Notes under the pieces: generated by a model
Told to the model about the DNA's origin: nothing
Database searches by the model: none
Seen by the model: only the letters and a program-made list of their open reading frames with translations
Position numbers and translations under genes: made by a program
Shown: piece by piece, positions 20,519 through 28,887 of the stretch
How the letters are laid out: the number at the start of each line of letters is the position of its first letter
Position numbering within the stretch: the stretch's first letter is position 1
IMG/VR virus record: IMGVR_UViG_3300034127_000005
Coordinates: 34,293-98,292 of that record
Length of the DNA: 64,000 nucleotides
Strand: one strand, 5' to 3'
Source of the DNA: a virus
Taxonomy: Duplodnaviria; Caudoviricetes

Positions 20519-20947
20519 ATGCCAACAAAAATTGATGGACTTCTAGGTGTGGATACTGTTGCACCAGCGAGTATCGATGTCGGTGATCTGAAATGGACAC
20601 CGCCTTTCACTAAAGAATTTGTAAGTACGCCGCAAACAATCACGCCTCTTGGTGGTTTGACAATCTCCCATGGGCTTGGCGTAAAGCCAAAGCTCGTAAG
20701 AGCTTACCTTGTCTGTACAGTAGCCACAGGTAACTGGGCTGTTGGGGATGAAACTTTCCTTGATCTTGACTACGAACAAGCCAACGCCTCGTTGGTCATT
20801 TTCGGATATATCTGCAAACGGGATGCAACGAATCTAATCATCCGTTTCGGACAGGGCAACTTCCTGATCGACCCTGTTACTGCTGCTGTTGTACCATCTA
20901 CAACAGTAACCACCAACTTTAAAATCGTATTCGAGGCATGGGCATGA
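20519..20947 (+). CDS. Tail fibre-associated/adhesin-like protein
   Basis: Start at ATG 20519 (SD aaggag); ISHGLGVKPKLV motif seen in fibre tip domains. Confidence 0.5.
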   Translation: MPTKIDGLLGVDTVAPASIDVGDLKWTPPFTKEFVSTPQTITPLGGLTISHGLGVKPKLVRAYLVCTVATGNWAVGDETFLDLDYEQANASLVIFGYICKRDATNLIIRFGQGNFLIDPVTAAVVPSTTVTTNFKIVFEAWA

Positions 20948-21420
20948 CAGTCGCAACTAATAACATCCAACTTGGAACGTCCGGTACACCAACAAACAAC
21001 TTTGTAATCACAGCCGAAGCTGCTAACGGTACAATGAAGATTGCCCGTGGGAACGCGGGTGCCACAACACAAGACATTCTCTCTGTCGCTTCCAACGGGG
21101 ATGTAACCTTCGCAGCGACAGTGCTTGGAGTTGGTCTTGGAGTTGGTCAAACTTGGCAAGGTGTTGGTGGTAGCCGAGTAGCGGGTACAACTTACACAAA
21201 CACCACAGGAAAGCCTATTGTGGTTTCTGTCTACCAGAGTGGTGGTGGAACAAACGCAAACTTGTCGTTGACTGTCGGTGGTGTTCTTGTAGCTTATGCA
21301 GGTAACGGAAGTTCTCAACAGACTTACCAAACTGTAACAGCCATTGTACCCAATGGTGCAACTTATGTAGTTAGCGTATCTGGCGGTCAGAGTATTTCTG
21401 GCTGGGTAGAACTGCGTTAA
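20944..21420 (+). CDS. Tail fibre tip/receptor-binding-like protein
   Basis: GVGQTWQ..SRVAGTTYTNTTGKPI..VPNGATY..WVELR pattern of fibre C-terminal domains. Confidence 0.6.
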   Translation: MTVATNNIQLGTSGTPTNNFVITAEAANGTMKIARGNAGATTQDILSVASNGDVTFAATVLGVGLGVGQTWQGVGGSRVAGTTYTNTTGKPIVVSVYQSGGGTNANLSLTVGGVLVAYAGNGSSQQTYQTVTAIVPNGATYVVSVSGGQSISGWVELR

Positions 21421-21447
21421 TCATCTTGAATAATTATCGGAGGGTAT

Positions 21448-21750
21448 ATGAAACATTATATTGATCGTACAACAAATGAAATCTTCGCCTATGAAGCTGA
21501 CGGCTCTCAAGACGATTACATCCGTGCAGACCTTGAACTTCTGACAGATGGTGGGTTGATTGCAGCGCGTGAGGCTCAGAAGCCGTCAATCGAAGTCCTT
21601 AATCAAATTGCAGACGCTCAACGTCTAGCAGCCTACGCAGCAGAAGCTGACCCACTCTTCTTCAAATACCAACGCAAGGAAGTAGCGAAGAAAGTATGGA
21701 CAGACAAGATTGCTGAAATCAAAACTCGTTTCCCTAAGACGGAGGAATAA
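21448..21750 (+). CDS. Tail fibre assembly chaperone
   Basis: IFAYEADGSQD and AYAAEADPLFF..W..IKTRFP motifs. Confidence 0.65.
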   Translation: MKHYIDRTTNEIFAYEADGSQDDYIRADLELLTDGGLIAAREAQKPSIEVLNQIADAQRLAAYAAEADPLFFKYQRKEVAKKVWTDKIAEIKTRFPKTEE

Positions 21751-21753
21751 TAT

Positions 21754-22794
21754 ATGTCTAGTTCTCTAAGAGCGGACGCCTCTGGACTTCTGGGGGCACT
21801 AACAATCAATGGTACGGACTCTGTAACATTCGATGCTGCTGGTATTTCAGCAGGTGTTGAACACCCACTAAAATCCATTGTAGCTTCTGTTGCTGCTAAC
21901 GCACTAACTGTTGGACTGGCAGCGACAACCCTTGAGTTCCGCAGCAGCACACTGTCTATCGGTGCTACAACACGTTTGGCTACGCCATCCTTGACAATGA
22001 CTGTTCCTTCTGGAGCAACACTCGGTACGGTCAACGCTGTTTCGTCTCGTATCCTACTGCTAGCCATTAACAACGCAGGAACTATCGAACTCGCAGTGGC
22101 TAATTCCAGCCTGACCCTAGACGAGACTACGCTAATTAGCACAACAGCTCTAAGCTCTTCTGCTAACTCTGCAAGTGTTGTCTACTCTGTAACAGCTCGC
22201 ACAAACGTCCCATTCCGAGTGATTGGGTATGTTGACTCCACGCAAGCCGTTGCTGGCACGTGGGCAACAACACCTTCGACTGTGCAGGGTTCTGGTGGGA
22301 GCTTGTCTTCTGCAAGTGGTTCTAAATTGGTTTCTGCTGGAGCACAAGCTTCTACTTCTGGTACATCCATTGACTTCACTGGAATCCCATCTTGGGCTAA
22401 AAGAATCACTGTGTTGTTCAACTCTGTAAGTACGAATGGTGCAAGTGCTATTCAAGTCCAGATTGGTAACGGAACAGCAGAGACTACTGGATACCAATCT
22501 GGTAGTCTCGGCGGTGCTCCGGGTAACTCACTGTCTGGTGGTACGAACACCACAGGATTCTTGCCAACGGCCATCTTCACAGCAGCTTCCACCATCACAT
22601 CTACTATGACTTTGCACAATATCTCTGGAAACAACTGGATCGCATCTGGTATTGGTGGGGCTACGGGTGGTTCTACACTGTTCTTGCTGTGTGGAGTCAA
22701 AACCACAAGCAACGTCGTTGACCGTCTCCGCGTTACAACAGTTAACGGTACAGATGTATTCGACGCAGGTACAATCAACATCTTTTGGGAGTAA
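21754..22794 (+). CDS. Tail fibre/adhesin protein
   Basis: Ser/Thr/Gly-rich; TSGTSIDFTGIPSWAKRIT..FDAGTINIFWE C-terminal domain. Confidence 0.6.
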   Translation: MSSSLRADASGLLGALTINGTDSVTFDAAGISAGVEHPLKSIVASVAANALTVGLAATTLEFRSSTLSIGATTRLATPSLTMTVPSGATLGTVNAVSSRILLLAINNAGTIELAVANSSLTLDETTLISTTALSSSANSASVVYSVTARTNVPFRVIGYVDSTQAVAGTWATTPSTVQGSGGSLSSASGSKLVSAGAQASTSGTSIDFTGIPSWAKRITVLFNSVSTNGASAIQVQIGNGTAETTGYQSGSLGGAPGNSLSGGTNTTGFLPTAIFTAASTITSTMTLHNISGNNWIASGIGGATGGSTLFLLCGVKTTSNVVDRLRVTTVNGTDVFDAGTINIFWE

Positions 22795-22814
22795 TCCCAG
22801 TTAAGATTTTATCC

Positions 22815-22839
22815 AAAGCCATCAACCGATGGCTTTTCT
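22815..22839 (+). terminator. Intrinsic terminator (possibly bidirectional)
   Basis: AAAGCCATC-AACC-GATGGCTTTT. Confidence 0.75.
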
Positions 22840-22856
22840 GATTTAAGGAGTTCGAT

Positions 22857-24128
22857 ATGGCTAACATTCCAAAGCCTACAAACCTGAACACTATCTGGGC
22901 ATCTACAGGAACACGTGTTGATCCGGGTGTTACAAAAACAAACATTGGATGGGTCGTTCAACTCCCTCCATACGAATATCAAAACTGGGCAATGAACCGT
23001 TCTGACACAGCTATTGCTCACTTCAACCAGCACGGTATTCCAGAGTGGGACGGTAACACAGAGTATCAGGGGAGCTTGTCTTACACGCAGGGCTCCAACG
23101 GGTTGATCTACAAGTGCATCCAAACCAACACAAACCTTGATCCGATCAACACAAACAACAACCTGTACTGGGTTCGTGCGTTTGAAGAGTATGGTAGTGT
23201 TCAAGTAGTTCAATCTGCATTGACTGCACACCTAACAAACTATGCAACATTGTCTGGTATCTCTAACGTTGTAGCCGCTCGTTCTAACCTGTCTGTTTAC
23301 AGCAAGGCTGAAGGAGATACACGTTATGCATTCAAAGGTGGTGATAACGCAACTCCATTCCTTGTTGGTACTGCAACAAACCCACAACATGCTGTACCTT
23401 TGAGCCAGATCAACTCTCTATTGCTCCCTGCAACTGAATCTACTTACGGTACGACAGCATATGCTACAACAAGTGAAACAGAGGGTGGTGTTATTGATAA
23501 CAAGGCTATCACTCCACTCAAAGCTTCTACAATTCTTTTGAAGAAGTCTGGTAACTTGGCTGGCCTTGGCAACATTGCAACAGCACGTACGAACTTGGGA
23601 CTAACATCTGTAGCGACTGCTGATCCAGCCACTATTATGTTTAAGGCTGACAACCTTGCAGGCTTGACTAACACACAATCTGCCCGTAACAACCTTGGAC
23701 TGGGGACTATCTCAACGGAGCCTACATCTTCCTTCTTGAGAGCGTCTAATAACCTATCTGAACTGACTAACACACAATCTGCCCGTAACAACCTTGGACT
23801 TGGTAGTGCAGCAGTTCGTAATGTCGTAGGAGCCCCCGGGGATCTAGACTTTACATGCCTAGCGGGGAATCCGGGATATACAATCCTTCCAAACGGACTG
23901 GTGTTCCAGTGGGGCAATAACAATGTACCATTCGCTGGTCTTTATATCACACCGCCTTTGCCTGTTTCTGCAATCTACTCTTTGACCGCAACAGCACATG
24001 CTACTACAAATGGTGCAGACGGTGTTGAAGTTAACATCAACTCTCCTACACAGATCCAACTGGTTTGCTACTCTGGTATTAACCAGAGTAGTGGGCGTGT
24101 TAGTTGGTGGTTGGTTGGGAAGCTTTGA
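22857..24128 (+). CDS. Tail fibre protein 2
   Basis: Anchor N-terminus paralogous to fibre 1 (QHGIPEWD); NLxxLxNxxxARxNLGL repeats; GYTILPNGLVFQWG gp53-like tip. Confidence 0.8.
   Translation: MANIPKPTNLNTIWASTGTRVDPGVTKTNIGWVVQLPPYEYQNWAMNRSDTAIAHFNQHGIPEWDGNTEYQGSLSYTQGSNGLIYKCIQTNTNLDPINTNNNLYWVRAFEEYGSVQVVQSALTAHLTNYATLSGISNVVAARSNLSVYSKAEGDTRYAFKGGDNATPFLVGTATNPQHAVPLSQINSLLLPATESTYGTTAYATTSETEGGVIDNKAITPLKASTILLKKSGNLAGLGNIATARTNLGLTSVATADPATIMFKADNLAGLTNTQSARNNLGLGTISTEPTSSFLRASNNLSELTNTQSARNNLGLGSAAVRNVVGAPGDLDFTCLAGNPGYTILPNGLVFQWGNNNVPFAGLYITPPLPVSAIYSLTATAHATTNGADGVEVNINSPTQIQLVCYSGINQSSGRVSWWLVGKL
23665..23800 (+). repeat. Exact 37-bp direct repeat in tail fibre 2
   Basis: TGACTAACACACAATCTGCCCGTAACAACCTTGGACT at 23665-23701 and 23764-23800, 99-bp period. 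Confidence 0.9.
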
Positions 24129-24129
24129 T

Positions 24130-24687
24130 ATGCTAACTGATAGTGATTATAAAACAGCAGCAGAGTTGTTGGGTGTTGAAGTTGCTTGTGTTAAAGCCGT
24201 TACTCAAGTGGAGAGCCGTGGAAGCGGCTTCCTCCCTATTGGAGCCCCTGTGATTCTATTTGAGCGTCATTGGATGTACAAACTGCTCAAGGCTAAGCTT
24301 GGTAAAGAGCCAGCCTTGAGTGACGTTGTAGACCCTAAGGCGGGAGGTTACAAAGGTGGTGTTGCGGAACACACAAGACTTGAGAATGCTGTAGCGATTG
24401 ATCGTGAATGTGCTTTACAGAGTTGCTCTTGGGGATTGTTCCAGATCATGGGATTCCACTGGAAGGCTTTGGGATATGGAAGTGTTCAGCAGTTTGTCAA
24501 CGCTCAATATAAGAGCGAGGCAAGTCAGCTAGATACATTCGTTAGGTTCATCAAGATCAACCCTAGTATGCTGAAAGCACTAAAGGCAAAGGATTGGGCT
24601 GGATTCGCTAAGGCGTATAACGGACCAAAATATAAAGATAATAACTACGACACGAAGTTGGCACAGGCATACGCTAGTTTCGTATAA
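24130..24687 (+). CDS. Endolysin, N-acetylmuramidase (DUF3380-type)
   Basis: VESRGSGF, ILFERH, SWGLFQIMGF and FAKAYNGP motifs; ATG 24130. Confidence 0.9.
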   Translation: MLTDSDYKTAAELLGVEVACVKAVTQVESRGSGFLPIGAPVILFERHWMYKLLKAKLGKEPALSDVVDPKAGGYKGGVAEHTRLENAVAIDRECALQSCSWGLFQIMGFHWKALGYGSVQQFVNAQYKSEASQLDTFVRFIKINPSMLKALKAKDWAGFAKAYNGPKYKDNNYDTKLAQAYASFV

Positions 24688-24706
24688 CTAATCGCGGAGG
24701 TTCCAC

Positions 24707-24910
24707 ATGTCAAAGAAAATGAAGATGGGGTTGGGCATTCTAGCGGCTGTGTTTCTTGCAGCAGAGCCCCTGATGATGTTGTGGCAACCTCTTCTTCCGC
24801 AAGGTTCATATGCAGGGATTGCAACATTCGTGGCAATAGTTCGAGCTGGTCTTGTCTATTACACAACGACGGAAAAGACCGAAGGAGAAGAAGATGTTCC
24901 TACAAATTAA
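24707..24910 (+). CDS. Putative holin
   Basis: 67 aa, two hydrophobic segments, charged termini, between endolysin and spanins; Met-Ser-Lys-Lys-Met-Lys-Met start could give dual starts. Confidence 0.6.
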   Translation: MSKKMKMGLGILAAVFLAAEPLMMLWQPLLPQGSYAGIATFVAIVRAGLVYYTTTEKTEGEEDVPTN

Positions 24911-25316
24911 AACGTATCTAACTGCAATCCTTGTAAGTTTTCTATTGATTACTGGTGGATATGCATATTACGCATACACAGAGATTCAACACTTGAGTCT
25001 CGAAGTTACAACATACAAGATTGCATCAGAAGACAATCTGAAAGCCAAAGAACAGTCTGATGCAAGCTGTTTGATCACAGTTGAATCTCTCACTGAGCAT
25101 TACCGCACTCAGGCAGCCCTCACAAGCTCCCAGAAGGCCACAGGAGACGCGATCAACGCCCTACCCACCCTGACCCTAAGGGAGAGTTCTAATGCAGCTC
25201 CTACGAAGCCTCAAGGTTTCTCTGATGACGATCGTCTTAGCCCTAGCACTATGCAGTTGCTCGACAACGCGTATTGTGACGGTGACAAAGACCATTGTGC
25301 TAGTCCCACCAAGTGA
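24894..25316 (+). CDS. i-spanin (Rz-like)
   Basis: N-terminal transmembrane segment then helical periplasmic region with Cys residues. Confidence 0.65.
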   Translation: MFLQIKTYLTAILVSFLLITGGYAYYAYTEIQHLSLEVTTYKIASEDNLKAKEQSDASCLITVESLTEHYRTQAALTSSQKATGDAINALPTLTLRESSNAAPTKPQGFSDDDRLSPSTMQLLDNAYCDGDKDHCASPTK

Positions 25317-25482
25317 GTTCTTTCTCCCTTGTACCCCTGAACGTGTAAAGGAAAACACTGTTCGTGCATTGGCTCACGGTTACGTGGTCAACACATTCGA
25401 AGTATGGAAGTGTAACTCAAGAATTGCAAACCACAAGAAATGGTTTGAAGAGCAGGAGAAAATCTATGGCAACAACAAATGA
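25225..25482 (+). CDS. o-spanin (Rz1-like lipoprotein)
   Basis: Signal peptide with lipobox LALCSC, Pro/Cys motif VPP..LPC; overlaps 3' end of Rz in another frame. Confidence 0.65.
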   Translation: MTIVLALALCSCSTTRIVTVTKTIVLVPPSEFFLPCTPERVKENTVRALAHGYVVNTFEVWKCNSRIANHKKWFEEQEKIYGNNK

Positions 25483-25762
25483 CATGGTAAAAGGTGTTCT
25501 CAGTTATGTAGCTGGAGCTTTACTGATGGTTTGTGTCGGTGTTGTAGGATACCAACAAACACAAATTGGGAAGTTGGATGACAGGATTTATACACTACAA
25601 GCCACAACAGTAACAGAAGACAAACTCAACACTGCAATCAGCCGACTTGAATCTTCTATGGACAACAAGATTACATCCATTAAGAACGAGCAGCAAGTCA
25701 CCAACAAATGGCTGGAACGTTTGATGGATAGATTGGAGTCTAATAACACGGCTAAGAAATAA
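25466..25762 (+). CDS. Membrane-anchored coiled-coil protein (lysis cassette)
   Basis: One N-terminal TM segment then heptad-rich region. Confidence 0.55.
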   Translation: MATTNDMVKGVLSYVAGALLMVCVGVVGYQQTQIGKLDDRIYTLQATTVTEDKLNTAISRLESSMDNKITSIKNEQQVTNKWLERLMDRLESNNTAKK

Positions 25763-25773
25763 GGGGAACTACT

Positions 25774-26097
25774 ATGACAAGGGAACACGAATGGCCGCTA
25801 ATCATTACTGGTAGTGGTCTGGTAATCGCACTCCTTGTCTGCATTCTGCTACTGGCTTTCCCTGCCTATAATAATAAAACAGGCCAACTAGAACTAGAAG
25901 TTGCAAAACAAGATTATACGCGACAGATAGTTGCGATGGATCGCAAGTATGAAGCGAAGGTCAACAGTCTACAGGAGCAGGTTAACACTCTGCAATTCGT
26001 TGCCAATAAGAGATATGACTTGTTGGATGACGATATGAAAAGGATGAAACGTGAAATTGACGATCTTCGAGAACGAGTAAGAGCCCGCACACGGTAA
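25774..26097 (+). CDS. Membrane-anchored coiled-coil protein (lysis cassette)
   Basis: One N-terminal TM segment then heptad-rich region. Confidence 0.55.
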   Translation: MTREHEWPLIITGSGLVIALLVCILLLAFPAYNNKTGQLELEVAKQDYTRQIVAMDRKYEAKVNSLQEQVNTLQFVANKRYDLLDDDMKRMKREIDDLRERVRARTR

Positions 26098-26113
26098 CGT
26101 GGCGGGCCTTTTT
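26080..26113. terminator. Terminator between convergent late operon and minus-strand genes
   Basis: GCCCGC-AC-ACG-GTAA-CGT-G-GCGGGC then CTTTTT. Confidence 0.75.
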
Positions 26114-26124
26114 ACGTCTACGAT

Positions 26125-26343
26125 TTAGTAACTCTGATACGAGTGTCCAAGGATGTAGAATGGACCTTGTTCTTCCCACTTACCCATTCCAACATACGCC
26201 CTTACAGTTTCTGGTAGGTCTGGGACGTACAGGTCAGCATAAGCACCATCTGCATAGTACCCAGCTTGAGTTACAACCACTGGATGATCGCCGTGGATAG
26301 CTACTTGTTCCAACAGTTTCTTTGCGTACTCTGAAGCTAACAT
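26125..26343 (-). CDS. Hypothetical protein (72 aa)
   Basis: SD AGGAGGA upstream on minus strand. Confidence 0.7.
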   Translation of the reverse strand: MLASEYAKKLLEQVAIHGDHPVVVTQAGYYADGAYADLYVPDLPETVRAYVGMGKWEEQGPFYILGHSYQSY

Positions 26344-26359
26344 ATCATTCCTCCTTTTT

Positions 26360-26494
26360 TCAGATAGTTTTTGGAAGGATGGCGATGCCGTCGTTTCCGC
26401 CCATGTGGAGGCTACGCTTCAATGCTTCTGCATCCTCCATATTGGAGAACACATCTACGAACCGCCCTTGCACAGTAACGATGAATACCTGCAT
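26360..26494 (-). CDS. Hypothetical small protein (44 aa, MQVFIVTVQGRFVDVFS...)
   Basis: Not in ORF track; SD GAGGAGG; downstream of minus-strand promoter. Confidence 0.65.
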   Translation of the reverse strand: MQVFIVTVQGRFVDVFSNMEDAEALKRSLHMGGNDGIAILPKTI

Positions 26495-26526
26495 GTTGTT
26501 TCCTCCTCTGTGTTTCGATGTCGGCC

Positions 26527-26554
26527 ATTCTATACACAATCAGCACAGTGTCAA
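26527..26554 (-). promoter_or_regulatory. sigma70-type promoter (leftward)
   Basis: TTGACA-N16-TAGAAT on minus strand. Confidence 0.8.
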
Positions 26555-26727
26555 TAGCAAAATCAAAAGAATTTATTTTCTTTCTGCTCTTGACAAATCG
26601 GATTTTCTGAGTACCCTAAAAGCTTTTAAAGCTCTTGATCTTAGAAGAAGTAATAAAATACTATTAAAAGATATTGACTTTCATAATATAATACTATAAG
26701 GTATACACAAATCAGAAGGAGGTGTTC

Positions 26728-26895
26728 ATGTACAACCTAGCTAAGTTTGAAGAGTACACATTACGTAAGCATCTTGGAAATGAACCAGTGCTTGCATGGA
26801 GCTTGAAAAACGGGTATCATTTCCTCTCGTTCATCGAACGACACACATCCGTGCAGGATTTCAAGATCATTGGTGTACTGAAGAATGAAGACTGA
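26728..26895 (+). CDS. Hypothetical small protein (55 aa, MYNLAKFEEYTLRK...)
   Basis: Not in ORF track; SD AAGGAGGT. Confidence 0.6.
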   Translation: MYNLAKFEEYTLRKHLGNEPVLAWSLKNGYHFLSFIERHTSVQDFKIIGVLKNED

Positions 26896-27033
26896 TCCAA
26901 ATAGCGCTTGCACGAACGTAAAAGAGGTGCTACGATGGGCCATATTACATGACGCAGTGTGTCACCCACTGATGGCTCTCTCGGGCTACAGCGATTGGTC
27001 AAGGCGTTTCCACGATTACACATCAAGGAGAGC

Positions 27034-27180
27034 ATGGCCCCGATGACAAAGCCTCGTATCAAATATTGGAAGCACGGGCTCTGGGAATGCTCAGGGATCG
27101 GATTGAATTCGTTTGACAAGAGTCCAGAAGCCGCGTACATTCGCTGGACACAATTTATCACCAGAATGAGGGTTGAATAA
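27034..27180 (+). CDS. Hypothetical small protein
   Basis: SD aaggag before ATG 27034. Confidence 0.55.
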   Translation: MAPMTKPRIKYWKHGLWECSGIGLNSFDKSPEAAYIRWTQFITRMRVE

Positions 27181-27374
27181 TGAATCGAGACTTGGCACAT
27201 GCCTTCTTCAAGCTACGAGTATCCGAACGAACCGCAGTGATGCAACGAGTTGACATCACCTTTACACAAGGTCACTCAGAATCAAATACAGATTTTGCTA
27301 AAAGGGTCTTGCAAGCGATCAGTAATGATGGTAAAGTGCGTGAACTAGAGCAAGCAATGCTCTCATTTCAATAA
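27180..27374 (+). CDS. Hypothetical protein
   Basis: Coupled TAATG junction. Confidence 0.6.
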   Translation: MNRDLAHAFFKLRVSERTAVMQRVDITFTQGHSESNTDFAKRVLQAISNDGKVRELEQAMLSFQ

Positions 27375-27391
27375 TTCAAAAGGAGAACAAA

Positions 27392-27730
27392 ATGAAGAAT
27401 CAGAAATTCAAAGTAGCTAACGCAACCATCAGCCGTCTTCTGCAAGAAGAGCTATTCAAACAGGGTTACGGCTGGGGCATCAACGGCACCAATATTGTAC
27501 ACGAACTAAAACCTTTCATCTACACATACGACACCGGCCTGATCACACACGGCATTACTCCATCACATTTTGATGAAAGCACTAACGCAGAAGTGCGTAT
27601 TATCACCGAAAACAAACTGGTGATCGCTGAACTTCAACCTGTACGTGAGAAGGTTATCGTCTTCGGCAAGACCTACTACAAAGACGATGTAGACGCAGCA
27701 CTGGCAAAACTGGAGGTAGCACGAGTATGA
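27392..27730 (+). CDS. Hypothetical protein
   Basis: SD aaggag; phage-like codon usage. Confidence 0.7.
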   Translation: MKNQKFKVANATISRLLQEELFKQGYGWGINGTNIVHELKPFIYTYDTGLITHGITPSHFDESTNAEVRIITENKLVIAELQPVREKVIVFGKTYYKDDVDAALAKLEVARV

Positions 27731-28200
27731 GCATTGTCAAAGCAGGTACTAAGGTTGTAGTTCTGGACAGCCACGTAGGCTTCTTCGTTCCGGGCCAGAT
27801 TGTAACCTCACTGGGTAGTGTATGTGAATACGACGGTGGGCATGAGTTTACCGGCACTGCTCGTGACTACCCATATGATGAGATTATCCAATGCCTTGAG
27901 ACAGAGGATTTCAACGTGATTGGGAACCTCACACGTGAGATTCTTGAAGGGGCGAGCTGGCGTATCTTACCATTAGATGCTCTGCCAGAAGATAAGTTTG
28001 TTGCGGATATGGTGTTTAAATCGCTTGACACCAATATGTTTCCGGGCCATACTGTCGCTCATGGTTACATCTTCAACGACAGTCGTGGTGTGTTCTGCGA
28101 TGGCGATCCTGTCCGTACATCGTCTATTGCACGGATGTTTAGTGTAGAAGGCACAGACTACATCGAAACACGCAACACGATCTACAAATTGCTGAAATAG
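27727..28200 (+). CDS. Hypothetical two-domain protein
   Basis: ATGA overlap; C-terminal GYIFND.RG.F.DG..VRTS..ETRNTIY motif. Confidence 0.7.
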   Translation: MSIVKAGTKVVVLDSHVGFFVPGQIVTSLGSVCEYDGGHEFTGTARDYPYDEIIQCLETEDFNVIGNLTREILEGASWRILPLDALPEDKFVADMVFKSLDTNMFPGHTVAHGYIFNDSRGVFCDGDPVRTSSIARMFSVEGTDYIETRNTIYKLLK

Positions 28201-28203
28201 TGG

Positions 28204-28231
28204 TTGACAGCAGGTGAAAGCCTGCTACAAT
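28204..28231 (+). promoter_or_regulatory. sigma70-type promoter with hairpin spacer
   Basis: TTGACA-N16-TACAAT; spacer folds AGCAGGT-GAAA-GCCTGCT. Confidence 0.8.
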
Positions 28232-28264
28232 GACCACATCAACGAATACAAAGGAGGATTCAAA

Positions 28265-28879
28265 GTGACTCAAATTTCTATTACTCGGGCCTTGGCTCAG
28301 GTTAAATCGCTGAACGATCGTATCGCTCGTGGCAGCAACGCAAACTTCATCACTACGCTGACAGGCGGCAAGCACGGTACTGGCGTGAGCGAGCAGGAAG
28401 CTGCTGCAATCATGGTATCGAACCTGCAATCCGTACAAGGTCTGATCGCACAGCGAACTGCACTGAAGTCGGCTATCGTCAAGAGCAACGCTCTGGCTAC
28501 CGTTTCGATCAACGAAGTTGTTATGACTGTCGCTGAAGCCATCGAGCGTAAGGGTTCCATTCAGTTGGAACAAGTGCTTCTGCAAAACTTGCGACAGCAA
28601 CTGGCTGCTGCAACCCAACAAGTTGAACGGACCAACGTCCAAGTAAACCAACGACTGGATCAACTGATTCAGACTACTGTCGGAAAAGACCGCAAGGTTG
28701 ATGAAGCTGAAGTAGCTGCCATCCGTGACCCATTCCTGAAGTCCAACGAAGCCAAGCTTCTGGACTCCAACAAGCTTCAAGGTGTGATCGACAAGCTTCA
28801 AGCAAGCATCGAAGGCTTCCTTCTGGAAGTTGACTACGCTCTGTCGGAAGTGAACGCCACTACTAAAATTACCCTGTAA
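28265..28879 (+). CDS. 204-aa helical coiled-coil protein (possibly DIP1984/DUF6847-like)
   Basis: GTG 28265 with SD AAGGAGGA; motifs ISITRAL, LKSAIVKSNA, MTVAEAIERK, EVDYALSEVNATTKI; highly biased codons. Confidence 0.75.
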   Translation: MTQISITRALAQVKSLNDRIARGSNANFITTLTGGKHGTGVSEQEAAAIMVSNLQSVQGLIAQRTALKSAIVKSNALATVSINEVVMTVAEAIERKGSIQLEQVLLQNLRQQLAAATQQVERTNVQVNQRLDQLIQTTVGKDRKVDEAEVAAIRDPFLKSNEAKLLDSNKLQGVIDKLQASIEGFLLEVDYALSEVNATTKITL

Positions 28880-28887
28880 CAAGGGTA

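Noticed and set aside
19165-24128. Diversity-generating retroelement or invertible tail-fibre cassette
   Set aside because: No reverse transcriptase, invertase, template/variable repeat pair or inverted fibre fragments seen
24699-24714. Second parS-like site (GGTTCCACATGTCAAA)
   Set aside because: Only a half-site match, overlapping the holin SD and start codon
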